IMG/VR virus record: IMGVR_UViG_3300008113_000033
Coordinates: 1 to 64,000 of that record
Direction: 5' to 3' (one strand)
Origin: a virus
DNA: 64,000 bases
Positions 1 to 8,494 of this stretch are shown here, one piece after another (positions within the stretch are counted from its first letter, which is position 1; the number at the start of each line of letters is the position of its first letter). The notes below the pieces were generated by a model that did no database searches, was not told where the DNA came from, and saw only the letters and a program-made list of their open reading frames with translations. The translations under genes were made by a program, and so were the position numbers.

Positions 1-28
1 ACTTCAACGCCCAATAGGGTGTTGAAGT
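1..28 (+). terminator. Stem-loop directly upstream of an early promoter motif
   Basis: ACTTCAACGCCC-AATA-GGGTGTTGAAGT is a 12-bp stem with one G-T pair and no clear U-tract. Confidence 0.45.
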
Positions 29-67
29 TCTCTTAATTATCTTTAATCTGTACAAATAAATAAACCA

Positions 68-511
68 ATGAAATATACTTACGGTAAAGAAGATTTAAAA
101 CGATATCTAATTGATAATATCGATTTATTATTAAACGATCCTAAATTCCAAGCGCTTATTGTAGAAGTAAAAGTAGCTGATGATGCTGGTAATACATTTG
201 TAAATAAGGCAGGTCATGACGAATTATCAAAAGATAATCTACGTATTGAAACTAAATTTACTAATTATATAATGCCTATGGGTGAAATGAGAATCAATAG
301 TGCCGGAGAAAATAAATATGGTGGATTTGATGTTATTAGAATTATAGATGGGATAAATAAACGAATATTTGAAATCCCACATGATGAATACTTCAATAAG
401 GGTAACTTTTATGGGAATGAATTTCGATGGAGTTCTTCATACAATTCCCAAGATAGAAAACAAGTGGGAAATACTCAGTTACTATTAAAATACGAAACAA
501 CAAATAAATAA
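68..511 (+). CDS. Hypothetical early protein
   Basis: 147-aa ORF behind a promoter motif and A-rich leader. Confidence 0.8.
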   Translation: MKYTYGKEDLKRYLIDNIDLLLNDPKFQALIVEVKVADDAGNTFVNKAGHDELSKDNLRIETKFTNYIMPMGEMRINSAGENKYGGFDVIRIIDGINKRIFEIPHDEYFNKGNFYGNEFRWSSSYNSQDRKQVGNTQLLLKYETTNK

Positions 512-516
512 ATCAA

Positions 517-780
517 ATGACACAATCACAATTAAATCAAATGACGTTAGAACAACTACGTGACTTAAATCATTTAATCGTAGATGTAATCAAAGCAAAA
601 CGTAAGAACCTAATCGCACAATTCGAATTAAATATCGGAGACAAGGTTAAGGTAAATCACCCCAAATTACAGGGTAAATCACTAATTGTAAAGAAGATAA
701 AACGAACTACAGCAACACTACAAGTTGAAGGCGCGTTCGCTTCTTACAATGTACCCATTTCCATGATCGAGATTTCTTAA
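517..780 (+). CDS. Hypothetical protein with SH3/KOW-like C-terminal barrel
   Basis: LNIGDKVKV...LIVKKIKRTTATLQVEG pattern. Confidence 0.75.
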   Translation: MTQSQLNQMTLEQLRDLNHLIVDVIKAKRKNLIAQFELNIGDKVKVNHPKLQGKSLIVKKIKRTTATLQVEGAFASYNVPISMIEIS

Positions 781-811
781 TTACATTTATAATGTATTAA
801 AACAAACAAAC

Positions 812-1012
812 ATGAGAAATAATAAATACCCAGACGGCTACATGCCCAAAATTAAGTACTACAGCAACATCGTTGCTACAGTATCACAACAATTATTGAA
901 TACTGATCCAGTACTATCACAAATTGATATACTATTAGTAATTCAAGACGCAGCAGCGAGTTTAGATTACTTCATCAGTAAGGAACACATGCGTTTAAAC
1001 TTAAAGAAATAG
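812..1012 (+). CDS. Hypothetical early protein
   Basis: ORF behind promoter motif at 773. Confidence 0.75.
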   Translation: MRNNKYPDGYMPKIKYYSNIVATVSQQLLNTDPVLSQIDILLVIQDAAASLDYFISKEHMRLNLKK

Positions 1013-1014
1013 AT

Positions 1015-1368
1015 ATGGGATTAGATATGATGTTAATCCACGACGGAAATGAAGTCGCGTATTGGAGAAAAGCAAACCACATCCACAAATGGTTCGTAGA
1101 CAACGTTCAAGGTGGTGTGGATGACTGTGGTGAATATAAAGTAACCAAGGAACAGTTAATTCAATTACATAATGAATGTAATCAAGTATTAAACAATTCA
1201 TCATTAGCCGAATCGTTACTACCAACATTTCCAGGATTCTTCTTCGGTGGTACTGATTATTATGAATGGTATTATAATGATTTAAGAAATACAGTACAAA
1301 TTATTGATGAAATACTCGAATATAAGTCATACTGTTTAGATGATTTATACTATAGCTCAAGCTGGTAA
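1015..1368 (+). CDS. Conserved phage hypothetical protein (MGLDM...YWRKANHIHKWF family)
   Basis: Recognisable widespread phage motifs YWRKANHIHKWF, GFFFG and C-terminal YYSSSW. Confidence 0.8.
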   Translation: MGLDMMLIHDGNEVAYWRKANHIHKWFVDNVQGGVDDCGEYKVTKEQLIQLHNECNQVLNNSSLAESLLPTFPGFFFGGTDYYEWYYNDLRNTVQIIDEILEYKSYCLDDLYYSSSW

Positions 1369-1429
1369 TTTGAAAATTTCTTAATTACCTTTAACCTGTA
1401 ATAAAAGTTAAACCAATAAATAAACAAAG

Positions 1430-1807
1430 ATGAGAAATCAATTAGAACAATTCAAAACATCATTCGAACAAGTACGTGGATTAGGTATTTTAATGGGACT
1501 ACCAAATGATACCCACAGTAAATTCTCAGACCATATTACTGTATGGTTTTCCGAGAATCATAACGTAACATCAGTTACATTTGGAGAACGTTACCATGAA
1601 AAGGTAGAAATCATGAGATATTCACATCGTGATAACAGTTACAAAGTAACACTTCCGATCGACATTACAGATGAAGAATTAAATGATTTACTTCAAATGG
1701 TAAATGAAGAGTATCGTAAGGCAAAGATCACCTATTTAGAAATGGAGCTATTCATGTTAAAGAATGACGATGTTGTAGAGTTAGAACGAGAAGAGGTAGT
1801 TGCTTAA
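1430..1807 (+). CDS. Hypothetical early protein
   Basis: ORF behind promoter motif at 1377. Confidence 0.8.
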   Translation: MRNQLEQFKTSFEQVRGLGILMGLPNDTHSKFSDHITVWFSENHNVTSVTFGERYHEKVEIMRYSHRDNSYKVTLPIDITDEELNDLLQMVNEEYRKAKITYLEMELFMLKNDDVVELEREEVVA

Positions 1808-1816
1808 ACTACCTCT
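1792..1816 (+). terminator. Stem-loop over a stop codon, abutting the next promoter
   Basis: AGAGGTAGTT-GCTTA-AACTACCTCT is a perfect 10-bp stem. Confidence 0.5.
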
Positions 1817-1854
1817 CTTAATTATCTTTAATCTGTACAAATAAATAAACTAAC

Positions 1855-2043
1855 ATGACAAAATTTAACAAATTCGATCAGTACGTAATTGAGCAAGCAT
1901 TAGAGCTATGGGTTGAAAATTTCGAAAAGGAAATTGAAGCCGGAGAAGCTACAGGCCATCGTCTACTATTTGCTTCGGGATATCCAGCAATGGTAGCTAA
2001 AGATATCCAATCAAAAGTTAATTCACTAACTAAAAAGAAATAA
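1855..2043 (+). CDS. Hypothetical early protein
   Basis: ORF behind promoter motif at 1814. Confidence 0.75.
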   Translation: MTKFNKFDQYVIEQALELWVENFEKEIEAGEATGHRLLFASGYPAMVAKDIQSKVNSLTKKK

Positions 2044-2045
2044 TC

Positions 2046-2264
2046 ATGGAATTGAACTTCGGAATATATAAGCAGACTGTCTACATAGTAGAATTCGGTG
2101 ATGTGGATCTAAGTCATATCAAAATTGAAAATAATGGTGGTGATGAATACATAGTATTCAGTTATGGTGAAGAAATCGATGTATTCAATTACAGTGGTAA
2201 TGATCCATTTGATGCAATTAATAAATACTTAAGCACATATGCCATTGAAAACGGCTATGCATAG
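2046..2264 (+). CDS. Hypothetical protein
   Basis: Tightly packed ORF. Confidence 0.7.
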   Translation: MELNFGIYKQTVYIVEFGDVDLSHIKIENNGGDEYIVFSYGEEIDVFNYSGNDPFDAINKYLSTYAIENGYA

Positions 2265-2319
2265 GGCAATCTAAGAATTTCCTTATTATCTTTAACCTGT
2301 AATAAAAGCAAACAAACAT

Positions 2320-2760
2320 ATGAAACCATTTAAAGTATACCAAATAGATTACAGTGATGTAGTATGGTTTTACCCAATTGACCACCCCCACATTACCGTA
2401 CCACCTGAATGTTCTAACTATGCATGGAAGCATAAAAACCACATAACATTCTCATTCTCTAATCAAGCATTTGATGGTACTGATACATGGCAATACCCAG
2501 ACTCAGTATACAAGCAAAATGTTAACGAATACGTACAGTATTTTGAAAGTTTAGGATATATATTCTCAGTAGTAGAAAAAACACATAAACGATTTCAATA
2601 TACTTACACATTAATCAAATTAGATTTAAAATGTGTTAAAATATTACGTAAAAATAGTAAAATAGATAAAATATCAGCACAACGTTTTAAAGAAAGTAAA
2701 GAATATTTTAATAATATATTTTCTCAATTATATTTAATAGGTAATAAGGTAACTAAATAA
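2320..2760 (+). CDS. Hypothetical early protein
   Basis: ORF behind promoter motif at 2278. Confidence 0.75.
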   Translation: MKPFKVYQIDYSDVVWFYPIDHPHITVPPECSNYAWKHKNHITFSFSNQAFDGTDTWQYPDSVYKQNVNEYVQYFESLGYIFSVVEKTHKRFQYTYTLIKLDLKCVKILRKNSKIDKISAQRFKESKEYFNNIFSQLYLIGNKVTK

Positions 2761-2766
2761 ACGAAC

Positions 2767-3075
2767 ATGAGAACATTAAGAAATCAAGACTTCGCATCAA
2801 ACCAAACATGCGGCACATCATTAAAAGGCTATACACACGCTACTTACAAACGATTAGTAGAAGTATTAGGTCCACCTACATTCAGCGAAGCATCATTAGA
2901 TGATAAAACACAAGTGGAATGGGTAGTTAAATTCAAAAACGATTACTTTACTATCTACGATTGGAAAACATACGATCGCGAATATACAATGAATACATTG
3001 GAAATATTCCACGTCGGAGGTAAAATAGACGCATTAGATTTCATCATAGCATTAGAAACTAAAACCAATAAATAA
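2767..3075 (+). CDS. Conserved phage hypothetical protein
   Basis: GTSLKGY..ATY..LVEVLGPP..DKTQVEW..FTIYDWK motif typical of a common phage family. Confidence 0.75.
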   Translation: MRTLRNQDFASNQTCGTSLKGYTHATYKRLVEVLGPPTFSEASLDDKTQVEWVVKFKNDYFTIYDWKTYDREYTMNTLEIFHVGGKIDALDFIIALETKTNK

Positions 3076-3076
3076 C

Positions 3077-3259
3077 ATGTCACAAACTACTCCATTACAA
3101 CGATTAATATTTCATTTGGATGAAGCAGCAGCAGCAGCGTTTGAGCTCCAAAACGATACAGAGCTACCAATGAATATGAAAAGATTCTTTAAACAATTAA
3201 ACGATTACGCAGCAGACTTAATGGAATATGAAGATAATCTACCTACAAACAACGATTAA
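3077..3259 (+). CDS. Hypothetical protein
   Basis: Tightly packed ORF. Confidence 0.7.
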   Translation: MSQTTPLQRLIFHLDEAAAAAFELQNDTELPMNMKRFFKQLNDYAADLMEYEDNLPTNND

Positions 3260-3263
3260 TTAC

Positions 3264-3389
3264 ATGTTTCAAGTGGACCCCGAAGGATCGCAACAGCTAT
3301 TCGAGCAAATGGGTATGGAACCACAAATGAAAGAAATTGAAACAAGCGGTGGCGATACCATAAGGTACTACGTATATACGCTTGATTAA
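3264..3389 (+). CDS. Small hypothetical protein (41 aa, not in ORF track)
   Basis: MFQVDPEGSQQLFEQMGMEPQMKEIETSGGDTIRYYVYTLD* exactly fills the gap before the next promoter. Confidence 0.6.
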   Translation: MFQVDPEGSQQLFEQMGMEPQMKEIETSGGDTIRYYVYTLD

Positions 3390-3434
3390 TCAAACTTTCT
3401 TAATTATCTTTAAATGTAATAAATAAACAAGCAA

Positions 3435-3752
3435 ATGGAAAATATATTAAATCAAATCAACGAATTACCAGTAGAGCAATTACAAACGCTTCAGACATTA
3501 CTCAAAAATATAGCGGAGCCAAAAATCAAAGCAGCAAATTCAGAAGTTAAAATTGAAAAGCGCACTTATTCAAAGCTATTATCATACAACGGTAAATCAA
3601 TTATCGTTAAGCATTCAAAATCAGGCTACAACATCTACTCAACAGTAGTAGGTACGTCAGGTAAACCGATTCAAGGTGAATTAATCGAAGCCGATTGCAG
3701 CTCCGACATTTGGAATATTAGAAATAGATTTAGGATGGGCAGATTGTCCTAA
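3435..3752 (+). CDS. Hypothetical early protein
   Basis: ORF behind promoter motif at 3396. Confidence 0.75.
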   Translation: MENILNQINELPVEQLQTLQTLLKNIAEPKIKAANSEVKIEKRTYSKLLSYNGKSIIVKHSKSGYNIYSTVVGTSGKPIQGELIEADCSSDIWNIRNRFRMGRLS

Positions 3753-3797
3753 TTACCTTTAAATGTAATAAGAAGTTAAACCAATAAATAAACAAAC

Positions 3798-4151
3798 ATG
3801 GAAAATCAAGCAGTAATCGCAGCAGTAATCGCATTATTAAACGGAATCGACGTTGATGGCGAAACAATGGAGCATATCCTTGAAAAAACAGGAATGACCG
3901 ATCAAATGAAATCGCAATTAGGTGTTGCTACAGACATGTTAGGAACAAGAATATTATCACCGATGGTAATAGATCAAATCGCAGAAGATATCGTCGCGGA
4001 TTTAGATAACGAAGGTATAGACTTAATCGAAGATCAAGAATACGGAATCGTTCATAACGAAATTAGCCTTACGGATGTTACATACGATAAGTACCGTATG
4101 AATAAGATAATTACACACGTATTAGAAAATCATTTTACTCCAATGGAGTAA
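3798..4151 (+). CDS. Hypothetical acidic early protein
   Basis: ORF behind promoter motif at 3745. Confidence 0.75.
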   Translation: MENQAVIAAVIALLNGIDVDGETMEHILEKTGMTDQMKSQLGVATDMLGTRILSPMVIDQIAEDIVADLDNEGIDLIEDQEYGIVHNEISLTDVTYDKYRMNKIITHVLENHFTPME

Positions 4152-4201
4152 GATGACTCTCTTAATTATATTTACATCGTACAAATAAATAAACAAACGA
4201 T

Positions 4202-4408
4202 ATGTTACATCCAATCTATAAATGCGACGATTACGATTTTAATGATGGTGTATTAATCATCTACAAGGCCGAGTTAGTAGGACAAATAAGAGACATAACA
4301 AGGTGGTCAGTAATAGAAGAACATGTAGGAATGTATGATGCTATGATATGCCCAAGTATGTATAAAGACACATTCGGCAACACAGCAGACATTGTAATAT
4401 TTAAATAA
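4202..4408 (+). CDS. Hypothetical early protein
   Basis: ORF behind promoter motif at 4158. Confidence 0.7.
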   Translation: MLHPIYKCDDYDFNDGVLIIYKAELVGQIRDITRWSVIEEHVGMYDAMICPSMYKDTFGNTADIVIFK

Positions 4409-4668
4409 TGGATAAAGTAATATGCATTCAGGATGGGATCAATACAATGTTTTCAGATCGACCACACATTAAACATGGTGAGATATATCACGTATTGGAT
4501 GTATTCCCACACACCGAACTTTCAGAAGCAGAAAGTAAATGTAATGCTAGACCAGGTGATTGGTATGAATTAGTTGAAATACCATATTGCCATTGGAGTG
4601 GATTATTTAAAAAATTAGAATACGACGAACAATTAGAAGAATTAGAACAAACATATAATGGCAAATAA
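4408..4668 (+). CDS. Hypothetical protein
   Basis: TAATG stop/start coupling. Confidence 0.7.
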   Translation: MDKVICIQDGINTMFSDRPHIKHGEIYHVLDVFPHTELSEAESKCNARPGDWYELVEIPYCHWSGLFKKLEYDEQLEELEQTYNGK

Positions 4669-4873
4669 ATCACAGCTACGTCAAGTATGGTATTGGATCA
4701 GAGCAACATTAACATTATCATTAATGGTTGGTGCGTGTTATTTAATAGCAATAACTAAAACAGCAATGGATGTATTTGTTTGGACATTAGGATTAGGTCT
4801 TATTGGTGGTTTAATATACTGTTTTAAAGTATTGATGGGTGTGGTATTTAAAGATGATGGATTTGAAGATTAA
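4658..4873 (+). CDS. Small membrane protein (2 TM helices)
   Basis: Two hydrophobic segments. Confidence 0.7.
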   Translation: MANKSQLRQVWYWIRATLTLSLMVGACYLIAITKTAMDVFVWTLGLGLIGGLIYCFKVLMGVVFKDDGFED

Positions 4874-4897
4874 AATTTTCTTAATTACATTTATAAT

Positions 4898-5329
4898 ATG
4901 GCAAAAGCTAACAGATCGGATTTAGATGCTTGGAATGTTGACAAGCAACGTCTACGCCAACGAGCATTACAACTCGAAATTGTTGAAAAACTCAAACGTA
5001 GACAAGATGCGGGTGAAACACTTCTAAGTCAACAAGAAATTGATTGGTTCAAAGGTAGACCCGTAACGGATGAGGAAATGGATGAATTAAAAGAACATAT
5101 AGAGAATAAGATGACGAATAATAATATCCAGACTAAAACGACGTGGTCAGATACGGAACGTTGGGTTGCGGCGGTAATAGCTACGTTAGGTACGTTCGGA
5201 TTTATATATTGGTTATATACGATTGGTTATTTAATTCATTTTGGAATATATACATTCCTAACTTGGTTAGTGATTATGATCGTTTTTTTAGTAAAACATT
5301 TAATAGATGAATTAATAGATGGTAGATAA
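4898..5329 (+). CDS. Membrane protein (soluble N-terminus, 2 C-terminal TM helices)
   Basis: Promoter motif at 4877 and a hydrophobic C-terminal third. Confidence 0.7.
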   Translation: MAKANRSDLDAWNVDKQRLRQRALQLEIVEKLKRRQDAGETLLSQQEIDWFKGRPVTDEEMDELKEHIENKMTNNNIQTKTTWSDTERWVAAVIATLGTFGFIYWLYTIGYLIHFGIYTFLTWLVIMIVFLVKHLIDELIDGR

Positions 5330-5558
5330 TATAGACATATTAGGTTATGTAGCAATGGGTTTAAGTATACTCTCGTTTACGCTTCAAAAACAACGTTTTA
5401 TTCGTACGGTAAATTTAGTAGCGTGTTTAACGTGGGTAGGTTATGGATATGTAATCAACAACAATCCAACCATTATAGTAAACATATTAGTTTGTTTAGT
5501 ACACGTTTTTTGGTTTATTAAACGATATTTTCGTATTAAAAAGTTGCGCATTAGGTAA
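5319..5558 (+). CDS. YgjV/PQ-loop(SemiSWEET)-like three-helix membrane protein
   Basis: ILGYVA..LSILSF...IRTVNLVACLTWVGYG..INNNPTIIVN pattern. Confidence 0.6.
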   Translation: MVDNIDILGYVAMGLSILSFTLQKQRFIRTVNLVACLTWVGYGYVINNNPTIIVNILVCLVHVFWFIKRYFRIKKLRIR

Positions 5559-5690
5559 CATATTTTTTTGTTAGCACATAGTATAATATAATACGTTTTT
5601 TTGTGTATAATTCACGTGAAAGATGCGTGATTTATTAATTATTTTTTTGTGGTGAACGGTGGAATAATATTTTGTTAGTAGGGAATGTGG

Positions 5691-5993
5691 TTAGTTGAAC
5701 GACTAATTAGTTGAATAACTAAGCGTATCGTATGTGGAATGGGAATGGATAGTAGTGTGGTTGTGTTTTTGTGTCATCCAATTTTTTTCCCACCCCTCCT
5801 ACCATTTTTGTAACTATTTTGTATATATTTTTTTGTTAGTAGAATAGTCCACACGAGGGTGACATGTTCGTATATAAAGGGTCGCATTTGTAGCAAAATA
5901 GCCCACTTAGTTAAATGACTAAGCGCGATGCTGAGTCAAATGACGAAGCACCGTTTAAACGTGTTAAGCAGTGGTTAGTCAAATGACGAAGCG
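5691..5993. repeat. Five copies of a ~19-bp quasi-palindromic motif TTAGTYRAATGACKAAGCG in a ~500-bp non-coding block
   Basis: Copies at 5691-5706, 5707-5725, 5907-5925, 5932-5950 and 5975-5993. Confidence 0.75.
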
Positions 5994-6064
5994 CTGCAAA
6001 AACAAAATTTGTTTCCAAAAAGTGTCTTAATTATATTTACGTTGTAAAAAATAAAAACAAACAT

Positions 6065-6226
6065 ATGCAATTATTTCAAATTTTAGGCTCAGTAGTATTA
6101 TTGGGTGTAGGTGGATATTTCACTTACACAGCACTTTCAAATCGTTATTTCGAGACGGTGGTTGATCGCCGTGGCGTAACTCGTAAACGTGACATCCGTA
6201 ACGGACGATTTGTGAAGGCAAATTAA
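6065..6226 (+). CDS. Small membrane-anchored protein (53 aa, not in ORF track)
   Basis: MQLFQILGSVVLLGVGGYFTY...RKRDIRNGRFVKAN* behind promoter motif at 6023. Confidence 0.7.
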   Translation: MQLFQILGSVVLLGVGGYFTYTALSNRYFETVVDRRGVTRKRDIRNGRFVKAN

Positions 6227-6234
6227 GAATAACC

Positions 6235-6323
6235 GATCAGGAGGTCATTTTGGATATGGCACCTAATTAAACGGAGATCCGTCATCGTTTAGGGGACAGT
6301 AGGTTCGATCCCTACTCTGGTCA
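6235..6323 (+). ncRNA. tRNA-like RNA / pseudo-tRNA with a 22-nt anticodon loop
   Basis: Acceptor GATCAGG/TCTGGTC+A; D arm GTCA-TTTTGGATA-TGGC; anticodon stem CCTAA/TTAGG; variable GGACA; T arm GTAGG-TTCGATC-CCTAC. Confidence 0.65.
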
Positions 6324-6424
6324 CTATATTGTTTATTAGTTAATTATTACAGATGCATAAGAGGAGGACGTTGTCCTCCATCTTTGTCCTTACTACATTT
6401 ACACTGTACTTAAAACAAACGAAC

Positions 6425-6601
6425 ATGAATAAAATAGTATACATAGTGATGAAGGAGCAATACGGGAACTCATTTCCCTGGGCCGCGTTTGATTCAAAGG
6501 AAAAGGCAGTAGCCGAGGTGAGACAATTATTCCCAAAGGAGGAATATGAGTTGAGTGATTTTACTATTGAATTGATGATTACTGAAATGGTGATTGAGTA
6601 A
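6425..6601 (+). CDS. Hypothetical early protein (start revised from 6353)
   Basis: Promoter motif at 6385 and AAACAAACGAAC leader favour ATG 6425 (MNKIVYIV...). Confidence 0.7.
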   Translation: MNKIVYIVMKEQYGNSFPWAAFDSKEKAVAEVRQLFPKEEYELSDFTIELMITEMVIE

Positions 6602-6643
6602 ATTCTCCAGATTATATTTACTATATAACAAATAAATTAACAT

Positions 6644-6802
6644 ATGACTAACGATCAAAAATTCGAACTGAAAGTACAACAAATCGAGGACGCAATGAAC
6701 CGTCTAGAACGCTATAAAGCCTTAGGATGGGGTGAAATGGTTAAAACATCTGAAGAGATGATTGATAAGTTGATTAAGGAATTAGATAAATTGGATCAAT
6801 AG
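6644..6802 (+). CDS. Small helical hypothetical protein (52 aa, not in ORF track)
   Basis: MTNDQKFELKVQQIEDAMNRLERYKALGWGEMVK...DKLDQ* behind promoter motif at 6604. Confidence 0.7.
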   Translation: MTNDQKFELKVQQIEDAMNRLERYKALGWGEMVKTSEEMIDKLIKELDKLDQ

Positions 6803-6855
6803 AATTTCCAGATTATCATTACCCTGTAATAAATAATTAACTAAACAAATAAAAT

Positions 6856-7071
6856 ATGTCAGCAACAATTCACAACCCAGGAATCAAGAACAACAATTCA
6901 AATGTAATCCCGTTCAGAAAGTTAAACGGAGACACTTATATTAGATTCGATTACTGTACTTCACGTCATGAAGAATTCATTACAATCAACAATGTAGTGT
7001 ATTACAAAATGAAGACAGTTAAGAAACATACGAAACGCAGAGCTAAAAAAACACCTATAATGATTAGATAG
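6856..7071 (+). CDS. Hypothetical basic early protein
   Basis: ORF behind promoter motif at 6805. Confidence 0.7.
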   Translation: MSATIHNPGIKNNNSNVIPFRKLNGDTYIRFDYCTSRHEEFITINNVVYYKMKTVKKHTKRRAKKTPIMIR

Positions 7072-7124
7072 GCGTAAATTTCCAGATTAACTTTACCTCA
7101 TAATAAAACATAACAAATAAACAC

Positions 7125-7529
7125 ATGAAAAAATTAATATTAGTAGCCGCATTAGTCTCAACGTCGTTCTTAGCTATGGCTCAAAATTCAAACTCATTTA
7201 TAATTCACAAGCAGAAGCCGTTGTCCGAGATATACCTAACACAGGAGTCATCACCTGAGGAAATCGTCTCATACATCAAGCGCGCGAAAAAATTAAATGC
7301 GTTCAATGCGGTGATATTTGAAATGGTGAGAACCAAGAAGATACCAATGTGGGAGTATATCAAGATGTACAAAATAGCAAACGGTGAGTTACCTGATATT
7401 CGCTTTGACTATGGGTTGAAATATGGTCCAATGCCCTACCCAGAAACTGATAGATTCCTACCTCCAGCAATCAAGCATGATGAGGAGGTAACCAAACCAG
7501 AGCCTGATCCTGAGGTGGATGACCAATAA
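7125..7529 (+). CDS. Secreted/periplasmic hypothetical protein
   Basis: Sec signal peptide MKKLILVAALVSTSFLAMA-Q. Confidence 0.75.
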   Translation: MKKLILVAALVSTSFLAMAQNSNSFIIHKQKPLSEIYLTQESSPEEIVSYIKRAKKLNAFNAVIFEMVRTKKIPMWEYIKMYKIANGELPDIRFDYGLKYGPMPYPETDRFLPPAIKHDEEVTKPEPDPEVDDQ

Positions 7530-7570
7530 TCTCCAGGTTATATTTACCCTGTACATAAAAACAAACGAAC

Positions 7571-7744
7571 ATGCTTAATATTCAGAAGTGCATCGAATTC
7601 AAGAAATTACAGTGGGACATCAATTCAGACATTGATCAGATCGGTTACACAACCATTGCTAAGGCGGATCGCTTAGATGAGATGGTAGATAACTTAACAC
7701 CGGAGGAAGTAAAGTACATAGCCGAATGGGTTGATAGGGATTAA
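7571..7744 (+). CDS. Small hypothetical protein (57 aa, not in ORF track)
   Basis: MLNIQKCIEFKKLQWDINSD...AEWVDRD* behind promoter motif at 7530. Confidence 0.7.
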   Translation: MLNIQKCIEFKKLQWDINSDIDQIGYTTIAKADRLDEMVDNLTPEEVKYIAEWVDRD

Positions 7745-7802
7745 CCCGTTTCCAGATTACATTTACAGTATAATAAATAATTAACTAACAAAACATAAAG
7801 AC

Positions 7803-8048
7803 ATGTTGACAAAACAAGCAAGACAATTCGAACAGTGGGCTGATGACAAAGATCGTTTAGCTAAGATCGCAGCCGAGAAACAGGCTAAAACCAAGAGAAA
7901 CAGTGCATCATTGCTTCTAAAATTAGGTGTAACGTTAGTAGTAATTGCATGTTATGGATTCCTATACAATCAAGACACTGATTGGGCAATCATTTTAATA
8001 TTCGGATCCATAGTAACAGCATATGGAGCCGTTAGTTTAAAAGATTAG
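7803..8048 (+). CDS. Small membrane protein (2 TM helices)
   Basis: Two C-terminal hydrophobic segments and promoter motif at 7749. Confidence 0.7.
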   Translation: MLTKQARQFEQWADDKDRLAKIAAEKQAKTKRNSASLLLKLGVTLVVIACYGFLYNQDTDWAIILIFGSIVTAYGAVSLKD

Positions 8049-8119
8049 GGTCCAATAGGTTTCCAGTCTACATTTACAGTATAAATAATTAATAACAAAT
8101 AAACAAACAAAAAATTATT

Positions 8120-8485
8120 ATGAAAAATCAAGAAAACAAAACAGCACAATTAGGTCGTCCAGTAAACGAGAATTCAGCACGTCAAATCCGTTTGAAAGAA
8201 ATTCAAGCAAAGCGCGAAGCAGGTTTAATTAAGCGTGGTCGCCCATCAGTTCCAGGTTCAATGAATGCATTGAAAAAAGAATTACAATTAGCTAAGAAAT
8301 TGTCAGGTGTAGAAATTAAGCGTGGTCGTCCAGTTAATCCAGAAAGCGCTCGTGCAAAGCGAATCGCTGATTTAGAAGCACGTCGTGCAAACGGGACATT
8401 AAAGTTAGGACGTCCTAAAGCGATTGTGATTGAAGTGCCTACTAAGGCTAAGACCAAGGTTAAATCAAAGGTGGTAGCTAAATAA
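8120..8485 (+). CDS. Basic DNA-binding protein with four AT-hook-like motifs
   Basis: LGRPV, KRGRPS, KRGRPV, KLGRPK; very Lys/Arg-rich. Confidence 0.75.
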   Translation: MKNQENKTAQLGRPVNENSARQIRLKEIQAKREAGLIKRGRPSVPGSMNALKKELQLAKKLSGVEIKRGRPVNPESARAKRIADLEARRANGTLKLGRPKAIVIEVPTKAKTKVKSKVVAK

Positions 8486-8494
8486 GCTACTACC
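8470..8494 (+). terminator. Stem-loop over a stop codon before the next promoter
   Basis: GGTGGTAGCT-AAATA-AGCTACTACC. Confidence 0.45.

Noticed and set aside
5691-5993. CRISPR array
   Set aside because: The repeats are short, degenerate and irregularly spaced (0 to ~180 bp); the 35674 exonuclease is a stand-alone phage PD-(D/E)XK enzyme, not part of a cas operon
6267-6288. Assigning the tRNA-like element as Leu(TAA), Phe(AAA) or Met(CAT)
   Set aside because: None of these triplets sits centrally in a 7-nt loop closed by a pairing 5-bp stem
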